Both the position numbers and the translations under genes were made by a program. Shown piece after piece: positions 19,035 to 26,597 of a DNA stretch of 63,813 bases; within the stretch, counting starts at the first letter, position 1, and each line of letters opens with the position of its first letter. The DNA is from an uncultured virus (IMG/VR IMGVR_UViG_3300027743_000022) (taxonomy: Duplodnaviria > Heunggongvirae > Uroviricota > Caudoviricetes). Location of the stretch: the IMG/VR virus record IMGVR_UViG_3300027743_000022; one strand, written 5' to 3'. Under the pieces are notes generated by a model. It was not told the origin of the DNA. It saw only the letters and a program-made list of their open reading frames with translations, and searched no databases.

Positions 19035-19117
19035 GGAGAGACACAGGAGGAGTAATTATGCATGCAAATCTGTAAGTCCGTATTTACGCTAGAAGGGTTC
19101 GATTCCCTTTCTCTCCA
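19035..19117 (+). tRNA. Degenerate tRNA or tRNA-like RNA, possibly derived from tRNA-Tyr(GTA)
   Basis: Perfect acceptor GGAGAGA/TCTCTCC-A and T arm AAGGG-TTCGATT-CCCTT; CTGTAAG loop remnant; D and anticodon stems do not pair canonically. Confidence 0.55.
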
Positions 19118-19132
19118 CTAATTTAATGAGTT

Positions 19133-19555
19133 ATGAGAAAACACGTTGAAAAGTTAACAGAAAAAGAACTATTACCATATGTACCATATGAGGTATTAGT
19201 TACTAAGGAAGATTGGGACAACTATTTAAAGGTAGTTGTTGTGAAATCAATACCATATAATATTTATGAGATTTCTCCAGGAATAGTTTTAGCACTTCAA
19301 GCTAAGTTAATCTTACGTCCTATGTCAGATTTAGAAAAAAAGATTGAACATAATGGAAAGTCATTGATTTTTAGTAATTTTTTCTTAAGTAAAACAGAAT
19401 TAGTAACTATAAAGAAATGTTTAAACTTCAAACTTAATTTATTAGATTATATATCCGTAAGTGTATTTAATAGATTATGTGAATATCACTTTGATGTCTT
19501 TGGACTTATACCAAGGGGATTAGCTCTTGATTATAATACTCAACCTGAAAATTAA
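19133..19555 (+). CDS. Conserved Bacteroidota-phage hypothetical protein
   Basis: LPYVPY...LILRPMSDL...HFDVFGLIPRGLA. Confidence 0.8.
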   Translation: MRKHVEKLTEKELLPYVPYEVLVTKEDWDNYLKVVVVKSIPYNIYEISPGIVLALQAKLILRPMSDLEKKIEHNGKSLIFSNFFLSKTELVTIKKCLNFKLNLLDYISVSVFNRLCEYHFDVFGLIPRGLALDYNTQPEN

Positions 19556-19560
19556 AAGAT

Positions 19561-19842
19561 ATGAAAAAGTTATTATGCGTTAATGCAAAAATCATAGAGT
19601 ATATTGATCCAGAGACCAAGGAACGATTGAAGTTACATCCAGTAGGATTGGAAGAAGGTAAAGTATATATTACTAGAGGAGCTCCATTTATGGCTGAACA
19701 TAGTTGCTATTGTTATTACATAGAGGGAATAGGACAGAGACTTGCCAGTAGATTTACAGATTTACTGGATGATGATGTCGAAGAAGAACTACAAGCTGAA
19801 AAAGCTATTGTGGATATTAAGAATGAATTGAATTTAAATTAA
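19561..19842 (+). CDS. Hypothetical protein
   Basis: ORF track. Confidence 0.7.
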   Translation: MKKLLCVNAKIIEYIDPETKERLKLHPVGLEEGKVYITRGAPFMAEHSCYCYYIEGIGQRLASRFTDLLDDDVEEELQAEKAIVDIKNELNLN

Positions 19843-19863
19843 TTATTAACCTAAAACAATCGA

Positions 19864-20172
19864 ATGCAACGTGAATTCAAGTTAAGATTTAGAAAAAAAA
19901 GTGTAACCAATTCTTTTGATATGACTAAAGCAGTAATTAGAGAAGGAAGATGGGTGTCAGAGGAGGGAGAACCTTTAGACCCTTATGAACTGAATCAAGT
20001 TCATCAACATTTTAATAGAATACATGATTTTGCAAAAGGACAAGCTAAGCTCACACACAGTAAAATTGAGATATTAACTCATATTTTAGATGCTACTCCT
20101 AAACAAGAACTTGCAATATTAAGTGTTCTTAAAATGAATGGAAAAGAATTAGATGATTTAATAAAACCTTAA
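19864..20172 (+). CDS. Hypothetical protein
   Basis: ORF track. Confidence 0.7.
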   Translation: MQREFKLRFRKKSVTNSFDMTKAVIREGRWVSEEGEPLDPYELNQVHQHFNRIHDFAKGQAKLTHSKIEILTHILDATPKQELAILSVLKMNGKELDDLIKP

Positions 20173-20192
20173 AAACATTCAAACACACACAC

Positions 20193-20327
20193 ATGTCAGA
20201 AACAAACAAAGTAAACGAAGAGGATAAAGACTACTTCCATGATTGGGAAGAAATTTTTGATGAAGAAGAAGATTATCATCAAGATAGTGAACAAGTCTAT
20301 AATCCTTATGAACATTTAATTGATTAA
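20193..20327 (+). CDS. Very acidic 44-aa protein
   Basis: Hand-translated MSETNKVNEEDKDYFHDWEEIFDEEEDYHQDSEQVYNPYEHLID; CA-repeat leader. Confidence 0.6.
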   Translation: MSETNKVNEEDKDYFHDWEEIFDEEEDYHQDSEQVYNPYEHLID

Positions 20328-20342
20328 CAAACAAACACAATT

Positions 20343-20807
20343 ATGAGAACAAACGAAGAAATTTTCCAAAGAATTAATGACAAAGAGTCTATGGACTTAT
20401 TTGGAGTACAAAAAGGTGATTTGTTTAGCTTGCTGACTTTTGAGCAGGCTAAACCTTATCTTCCTCCATCATATGTAACTATGATAGAGAAGGAAAAAGC
20501 TCCTGAAGATGAAAAGTGGATTACTATAATCCCTGCTCAAAGTATTCATGACTTTATGTCTTTTGCTTATGATATAGCAAGAACAGGTAAAGCTTTGATG
20601 TCAGAAAGATGCCTATTGCATTATAGAACTTGGGTATGGTATGATGACCCAAAGTTTTATGATACTATTTCTGAAGAGTTTTTGACTTGTGATGATTATG
20701 GTGTAGAAGTATTTGAAAAAATTATTTCACATTATAATATTAATATTCCTGCTTTTACTCCACCAGCTCTTATTGTGGTAAAACCCTCTCCAGACGAAGA
20801 AATTTAA
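20343..20807 (+). CDS. Conserved phage hypothetical protein
   Basis: MRTNEEI...DLFG...L.FEQAKPYL. Confidence 0.75.
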   Translation: MRTNEEIFQRINDKESMDLFGVQKGDLFSLLTFEQAKPYLPPSYVTMIEKEKAPEDEKWITIIPAQSIHDFMSFAYDIARTGKALMSERCLLHYRTWVWYDDPKFYDTISEEFLTCDDYGVEVFEKIISHYNINIPAFTPPALIVVKPSPDEEI

Positions 20808-20856
20808 TTGATCTATTTAATTTATTTAATTTACTAATAATTAAAATTGAAACATT

Positions 20857-21756
20857 ATGGACACTAAGAAGCCTTCAGAATCCTTGAAAGGATTCAAACA
20901 GTACAATAAAGTTGCAAGAGAAGTTAGAGCTAAAAAATTAGGATATGCAGATGCTGCAACCTATATAGCTTATTTAGAAAGTTTAATAAATTCAGGAGAT
21001 GTTTTTCCTGAATGTTGTTCAAAAAGTCCAGGGAGCAAGAGTAAGTGTACTTCCTCTGAAGATTGTGTAAAATCAAAGAAGAGCACTAAAACCACAAAAA
21101 CCAATCCAAAAGAATATCCTACAATACATATTGTAGATGTACTTGATTCAAGTGGTTCTATGTCAGGAGATAAGCATAATGCTGCATTGAAAGGTATTAA
21201 TGGTGGTATCCAAGATTTAAAAGAAAGTAAGGTTAAGGTAAACTATACCTACACTCTTGTAGATTTCTCTACAGATGTTAGATTTGTCCATACTAAGGAT
21301 AAATTGCTTGCTGTGAGTAAAGTTGCTTGTGGTACAAGATCTAGTACAGCTTTATTTGATGCTATTGGAGAAGCTGTTCAAAAAGTTCTCCCTGGTATAG
21401 GTAAAGATGACAAAGTATTGGTAAACATCTATACTGATGGTCAAGAGAATGCTTCTAAAAGATATACAGCTCATGACATCTCTGGTTTTATTGATCAACT
21501 TTCTACTTCAGGTTGGACATTTACTTTTATTGGTACTCCTCAAGATGTAGCATATGCTAGTAATGTTCTTAGGATTCATGAAAGTAATACCTTGTCTTAT
21601 GATGGAACAGCTAAAGGTCTTGAGAAGAGCTTAACTGCTACTCGTTCATCAAGAACATCATATTCTCTATCTGTATCTAAAGGAGAGGATGTATCTCAAG
21701 GTTTCTATAAAAACATTGAAACACCAGAGGAACCAAAGAAATCAAAAAAAAACTAA
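20857..21756 (+). CDS. von Willebrand factor A domain protein
   Basis: MIDAS DSSGSM, TALFDAIG, YTDGQENAS, WTFTFIG. Confidence 0.88.
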   Translation: MDTKKPSESLKGFKQYNKVAREVRAKKLGYADAATYIAYLESLINSGDVFPECCSKSPGSKSKCTSSEDCVKSKKSTKTTKTNPKEYPTIHIVDVLDSSGSMSGDKHNAALKGINGGIQDLKESKVKVNYTYTLVDFSTDVRFVHTKDKLLAVSKVACGTRSSTALFDAIGEAVQKVLPGIGKDDKVLVNIYTDGQENASKRYTAHDISGFIDQLSTSGWTFTFIGTPQDVAYASNVLRIHESNTLSYDGTAKGLEKSLTATRSSRTSYSLSVSKGEDVSQGFYKNIETPEEPKKSKKN

Positions 21757-21778
21757 GTAATTAATTAAATTTTTTCAT

Positions 21779-22351
21779 ATGAAAACAGATCAAATTAAAA
21801 AGGGTAGTGTTCTATCTGAAACTTCTTTCTATGTAGTAAAAGAAGTTAAACCAAGTGAAATTATTGTCAAAGATGAATTTGACAATGAAATCAAGATTGG
21901 TAAGCCTTACGTAGAGAAGGTATTAAACTGTGCAGATTATTTTGAGACAGAGGAAAAGAAAACTATGACTGAATTGGCAGAGATTTTCATTTCAAGTCCT
22001 AGAATTGCTATGACTGTAGCTTTCTACAAAAAGGATACTCCTAAGACTAAAAAAGCATATGAGGCAGAAAAAGCTTCTAAAGTAACAGAAATTCAAAATG
22101 CTAGCTTGGCTAATGCTGCTAAACTTATTGAGGATTTGATTGAAAATCCAATCAGTAAAGTAATTCCTGGAGAATTAAGAATTATGAGAGGTCGTCACTA
22201 TGGTCATGTTGACGAATTAGGAAGAGTTCACTTCATTGATATGGAGTTATCTAAAGAAAGTGATAAAGACTATGATACTCGTAAAAGAGAAGTAGATCCT
22301 AGAACTATCTCCTGGCTTATTGTCAACAAAGTGAAATACACTTTGAAGTAA
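21779..22351 (+). CDS. Conserved phage hypothetical protein
   Basis: 190-aa ORF; GELRIMRG, VDPRTI motifs. Confidence 0.8.
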   Translation: MKTDQIKKGSVLSETSFYVVKEVKPSEIIVKDEFDNEIKIGKPYVEKVLNCADYFETEEKKTMTELAEIFISSPRIAMTVAFYKKDTPKTKKAYEAEKASKVTEIQNASLANAAKLIEDLIENPISKVIPGELRIMRGRHYGHVDELGRVHFIDMELSKESDKDYDTRKREVDPRTISWLIVNKVKYTLK

Positions 22352-22373
22352 GCCTTTTTTGTCCCCATTAACT

Positions 22374-22407
22374 GAAACCTCTGTTCACCTATAGACAGAG
22401 GTTTCTT
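22374..22407 (+). terminator. Hairpin or terminator
   Basis: GAAACCTCTGT...ACAGAGGTTTC-TT. Confidence 0.6.
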
Positions 22408-22421
22408 ATTCTATCAGGCTT

Positions 22422-22697
22422 ATGATACTATTAGGCTACTGCATGGAAGAACAACCTATTTATCTTAATGAACGGACTGGTAACATCCATTACAAGGCAA
22501 GCTCATTGTCTCTGGAAGAAGCTACTAAAGTTTTTAAAGGTAATTTAGACAAAACCCAAATCAACGAAAAATTAACCTACGAATCTAACAACGGTATCAT
22601 ATCATACGGATGCCTTAATTTAACAAAAGAAAACGCTAACAAATTAATTAAATTATCATGGAAACTATTAAAAGAGTACAACAAGGTTGGGAATTAG
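22422..22697 (+). CDS. Hypothetical protein
   Basis: ORF track. Confidence 0.6.
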   Translation: MILLGYCMEEQPIYLNERTGNIHYKASSLSLEEATKVFKGNLDKTQINEKLTYESNNGIISYGCLNLTKENANKLIKLSWKLLKEYNKVGN

Positions 22698-24070
22698 AGA
22701 AAAAAGCAGAATTGGTAAGACTTGGTCAAGGACCAAAACCATACACAGAAATTGTGTCTTATTTGGAAAATGAGATAGCAAATTCTAATCGAATGTCGAA
22801 TTTCGATTACAGAATTCCTTGTTTCAAAAATGATGGTTATTATCAATTGAGCAGAGCTATTGAGGAAATTGTGGGTGTAACTTCTGTTGCTATCACTAAA
22901 CAGCCTTCAGGAGGAGGACAAACTCCTATGCAGACTATTGATGTGGAACTTAAAGGTGGTGTTCGTAAAAAAGTTCCTATTGGTAACATTGTATTACCAG
23001 AAATGGGTGAAGATGCTCATATTCAAATAGCTTATTCTGAGGAAGAAAAGCGTATGTACGTTAGAGGTAAATGCCAATTCAAGTTTCAAACTTTGATTGA
23101 TTCTGTAGTTGACAGAGCTAAAGAATTGTTGCGTACAGACAGTATCTATAAGGATTTGACTATTGAGATCAACAAAGACATTGATGGTGGTCAACCAAAA
23201 ATCCTTAATTTGGATAGTTATACCAAAGAGACTATGATTTTGTCTCCTAAGACAGATTATGCATTGTCTCCATTGAAAGCTAGAATTTTACATGCTGAAA
23301 AATGTAGAAAATCTGGTATTCCAATGAAATTTGGTGCTATTCTAGAAGGACCTTATGGAACTGGTAAGACTTTACTTGCATTTAAATTAGCTGTAGAAGC
23401 TAATGAGAATGGTTGGGCTTGTATTTACCTAAAATCTCCTGAGTTATTAGCTCCTACTTTACGTATGGCTAAAACTTTAGACCAGAATGGTAATGGTATT
23501 CTTGTCTTCGTGGAAGATATTGACCAAGTAACTCGTGGTGAGCGCACTGCTGCTTTACAGGACATTCTTAATACTCTTGATGGTGGAGACACTAAAGATA
23601 TGAATGTAATTGCATTGTTTACTACAAATCACTTGGAGCTTATTGATCCAACTTTCTTAAGAGGTAAAAGAATTGGTACTATCATTTCTATGCCTTATTT
23701 AGATGCTTTTACAGCTGAAAAATATGTTGCTTCATTCTGTCAAGGAATCACTCTTGAAGGAGACTTTACTCCAGTGTATGCTAAAATTGCAAGCAATAAT
23801 ATTGCTCCAGCATTTATGGCTGAAATCATTGAGAATGTTAAGTCTAACTTAGTATTAAGTGGAGACAGCACTATCCTTGATTACCAATTGGATGCATGTA
23901 TTGATAGTTATTTGAGACAAGTAGAATTGTCTAGAACTAAATCTTCAGCTGTTACTAGTGAAAAAGCTTTAGCTAATTCATTGAAAGAAGTATTGCATGA
24001 TGCAGGCTATTTTGGAGGTGTTAAAGATGTCGTTAAAGATTCTATCGCTGAATGGGACGAGAATAGATAA
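22658..24070 (+). CDS. AAA+ ATPase (classic AAA clade)
   Basis: Walker A GPYGTGKT, Walker B VFVEDID, LNTLDG, TTN...IDPTFLRGKR. Confidence 0.9.
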   Translation: METIKRVQQGWELEKKAELVRLGQGPKPYTEIVSYLENEIANSNRMSNFDYRIPCFKNDGYYQLSRAIEEIVGVTSVAITKQPSGGGQTPMQTIDVELKGGVRKKVPIGNIVLPEMGEDAHIQIAYSEEEKRMYVRGKCQFKFQTLIDSVVDRAKELLRTDSIYKDLTIEINKDIDGGQPKILNLDSYTKETMILSPKTDYALSPLKARILHAEKCRKSGIPMKFGAILEGPYGTGKTLLAFKLAVEANENGWACIYLKSPELLAPTLRMAKTLDQNGNGILVFVEDIDQVTRGERTAALQDILNTLDGGDTKDMNVIALFTTNHLELIDPTFLRGKRIGTIISMPYLDAFTAEKYVASFCQGITLEGDFTPVYAKIASNNIAPAFMAEIIENVKSNLVLSGDSTILDYQLDACIDSYLRQVELSRTKSSAVTSEKALANSLKEVLHDAGYFGGVKDVVKDSIAEWDENR

Positions 24071-24082
24071 TTAAAAAAGCAT

Positions 24083-24105
24083 AGGGGGTGAAAGTCCCCT
24101 TTTTT
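24083..24105 (+). terminator. Intrinsic terminator
   Basis: AGGGGG-tgaaag-TCCCCT-TTTTT. Confidence 0.8.
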
Positions 24106-24113
24106 CAAATTCT

Positions 24114-24194
24114 TTACTTACTTACTTACTTACAATTATTATTATTTTAAACAATTTTTTTTAAACAATTTTTTTAAACATTTAAATTTTTTTA
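24114..24194 (+). repeat. Short tandem repeats (TTAC)n and (TTTTAAACAATT)-type
   Basis: ttacttacttacttacttac, then three ttttaaaca units upstream of 24197. Confidence 0.7.
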
Positions 24195-24196
24195 CT

Positions 24197-24745
24197 ATGA
24201 ACACAAATTCTTCAAACACAGGAACAAATTCTTCAAACGCTGCTGCAACTTCTTCAACTCCAAGCTCAGAAAAAGCTAACTGGGAATTCACACCAGAAAC
24301 TCCAACTTCAGAAACTCCATCTCCTTCTATTAAAGTAGAGCATAATTCTCCAGAATGTTCAACAAGTCCATCAGATGGGTCTTGCTCTTCTTCAAAATTA
24401 AGTTTTAGCTATCCAGGCTTAACTTATGGACAAGCTTTGGAAGCTTTAAAACAAGGAGTGAAAGTATGTAGAGCTTCTTGGACTGGTGATGCTTATTGTT
24501 GGCTTAAACCAGCTTCAATTATTGAAGAAAGCTGGGTTAAAGATCCTTATTTGAAAGAAGCTATTGCAGAGTTTGGTTTTGAAACTCCTATCTCTGGAAG
24601 TTCAGAAGATGGTACTTGTTTAGGTATCGTTGGTTTAAGCAATTTTCGCTTAAAAACTTCTGATAATCATATTAATGATGGATGGGTTCCATCTACAACT
24701 GATATGTTAAGTGATGACTGGTGTATTTGCGAAATCACTAAGTAA
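24197..24745 (+). CDS. DUF2829 / Tad2-like (Thoeris anti-defence) protein with Ser/Thr-rich N-terminal extension
   Basis: LTYGQALEALKQGVKVCRASW and WVPSTTDMLSDDW family signatures. Confidence 0.8.
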   Translation: MNTNSSNTGTNSSNAAATSSTPSSEKANWEFTPETPTSETPSPSIKVEHNSPECSTSPSDGSCSSSKLSFSYPGLTYGQALEALKQGVKVCRASWTGDAYCWLKPASIIEESWVKDPYLKEAIAEFGFETPISGSSEDGTCLGIVGLSNFRLKTSDNHINDGWVPSTTDMLSDDWCICEITK

Positions 24746-24751
24746 TCGGTA

Positions 24752-24797
24752 GGGGTAGCTTAAAGGGCTGTAGGGGGTTCAAATCCCCCCTACCCCA
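24752..24797 (+). ncRNA. Armless tRNA-like element (acceptor + T arm only)
   Basis: GGGGTAG-14nt-GGGGG-TTCAAAT-CCCCC-CTACCCC-A. Confidence 0.6.
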
Positions 24798-24824
24798 CTA
24801 TTGTATAATTTAAAACTTAATATT

Positions 24825-25070
24825 ATGGGAGATAGAGCAGACAAATTTTTTGCATGGTTTTCTAAAATAGGAGGGTATGTAACTCCTGCCTATGAAGAAT
24901 TAATAGATAAGAGATTATATGCAAGGAATAATAGTTCACACAGCTTTAAAGAAAAAGCTGCTGAGGTAAAAGAGAAGTATAATTATAAATTTGAAAAGAA
25001 ACCTCCTGTAGAGGATAATTTCTTAGAAGGTTTTGATAAAGTAAACAACATTAATTTCGATAAAAAGTAA
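24825..25070 (+). CDS. Hypothetical protein
   Basis: Start moved to ATG 24825. Confidence 0.65.
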   Translation: MGDRADKFFAWFSKIGGYVTPAYEELIDKRLYARNNSSHSFKEKAAEVKEKYNYKFEKKPPVEDNFLEGFDKVNNINFDKK

Positions 25071-25089
25071 ACATCTAAAATCAAACAAC

Positions 25090-25593
25090 ATGGAAAAGCA
25101 AAAGATTACAGAAGAAATGGGAGTACACAAAGGGTGGTACGATGAAGCAAAGAAAGAAACATTATTAACTTTGCCATTTTTCTTATCCCATTTAATGGAA
25201 GATTATGAACATGATTATGGTACTATATGTCATGCAATTACTGCAGGAGGTATAGCTACAATGTCAGCTATGAATAATAGTGAACATGGTAGTATTACAG
25301 GCTTTCAGGCAGGATGTATTATGTGGGAATTTATCAGACATTGGAATCATTCTGACAATAAGACAGGATTAAAAATGATTGATTTTGATAATATGCTTTA
25401 CCCTCAATATAATGATAGATTCTCTCAAGTTTTATCTAAAGATGTTTGGGTAAATATTCAGAAACAAGCTAAACTACTGCTGGATACAAAAGAAAAGGAT
25501 CAAGTTCATCCAAATGTAAGATTACATTGGGAGCATATTGTTTCAGGTGAAGTTCCTTTTGGTTATGTGGTGGAACAAGAAGACAACGATTAA
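25090..25593 (+). CDS. Conserved phage hypothetical protein
   Basis: HDYGTICHA...ITGFQAGCIMW...MLYPQY...VPFG. Confidence 0.8.
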   Translation: MEKQKITEEMGVHKGWYDEAKKETLLTLPFFLSHLMEDYEHDYGTICHAITAGGIATMSAMNNSEHGSITGFQAGCIMWEFIRHWNHSDNKTGLKMIDFDNMLYPQYNDRFSQVLSKDVWVNIQKQAKLLLDTKEKDQVHPNVRLHWEHIVSGEVPFGYVVEQEDND

Positions 25594-25597
25594 ACCT

Positions 25598-25849
25598 ATG
25601 AGTGAGTTAGTTAATAGCTCAGAAGAGACCCATGATATAGCATCTATAGTAAATGATCCTTTTAAAAAGGATAAGATTGTTTCTATAAATGCTCACTATA
25701 ATAAACGTGTGTTTAGTACAGGAGAATGGTATGCTTGGGGAACGGTAGAATTTAAAGATGGTGACACTTCTGGTTCACAGAGGTTTGAAGCTGAAAATTT
25801 GGAGGCTCTTATGGTTCAAATGCATAATTTTTTAAAGAATATGAAATAA
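25598..25849 (+). CDS. Hypothetical protein
   Basis: Start moved to ATG 25598. Confidence 0.65.
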   Translation: MSELVNSSEETHDIASIVNDPFKKDKIVSINAHYNKRVFSTGEWYAWGTVEFKDGDTSGSQRFEAENLEALMVQMHNFLKNMK

Positions 25850-25850
25850 T

Positions 25851-26138
25851 ATGCCATTAGTAAAAATAACAACATATGCAGATGGCTCAGAAGCTAGGAT
25901 GCATAACAAAAGAGTTCAATTCAAACAATTGGAGGATGCCAGTTATTTATTAATTTTAGAATCTATTGTTGAAACTCCTGGTGTTTCTCCTATACATTAT
26001 ACTCTAAAAAGAGATAAACTTGCGCAGGTTGTCATGAGGATAAGTGATGAGATGCTAGAGGCTTTAGTTGTTTCTTATGTAAAATATAGGGAAGCTAGAG
26101 GACAAAAAGTAAATTTTAAACCTTTTAATGATATTTAA
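25851..26138 (+). CDS. Hypothetical protein
   Basis: ORF track. Confidence 0.7.
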   Translation: MPLVKITTYADGSEARMHNKRVQFKQLEDASYLLILESIVETPGVSPIHYTLKRDKLAQVVMRISDEMLEALVVSYVKYREARGQKVNFKPFNDI

Positions 26139-26139
26139 T

Positions 26140-26577
26140 ATGGAAAATAACGAAACATACGCAATGGAGGGAGAATTAGTTTTTGTAAGCTATAAACCTG
26201 AACAATTGGAGAAAGGAATGTACTTTGTCCATACAATCACTGTAGGTGTAATAGAGCCTATTACAGAGCTATTTCAGTTAGAAGAGATACCAGAAGACCA
26301 GGAAGTATATATGTCTCAATATGGGGCTCCTGTGAAGCTTATGATAATGAATACCTTCGATAGTGAGGTATTGGCTTATCCTGACCAAATAGGTTGGTAT
26401 GATGATGAAGAAGAAGAAATGAATGATGAAATACCTATATCTCTGGAACATTTGAATACTATCATCAACAAATGCAATGGTATTTGTTGGGTAGATGTTG
26501 AAGAAGATGATACTGTAAGTCTTCATAAAGGGAAAGCAATAATCAGTTTTGAACTTCCTGAGGAAGATAATTCTTAA
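26140..26577 (+). CDS. Acidic hypothetical protein
   Basis: Start moved to ATG 26140. Confidence 0.7.
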   Translation: MENNETYAMEGELVFVSYKPEQLEKGMYFVHTITVGVIEPITELFQLEEIPEDQEVYMSQYGAPVKLMIMNTFDSEVLAYPDQIGWYDDEEEEMNDEIPISLEHLNTIINKCNGICWVDVEEDDTVSLHKGKAIISFELPEEDNS

Positions 26578-26597
26578 TTTTGTAGAAAACCATTATT

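Noticed and set aside
24748..24797. Alternative register GGTAGGG/CCCTACC-CCA as a full tRNA
   Set aside because: Leaves only a 3-bp T stem, no discriminator and still no anticodon arm
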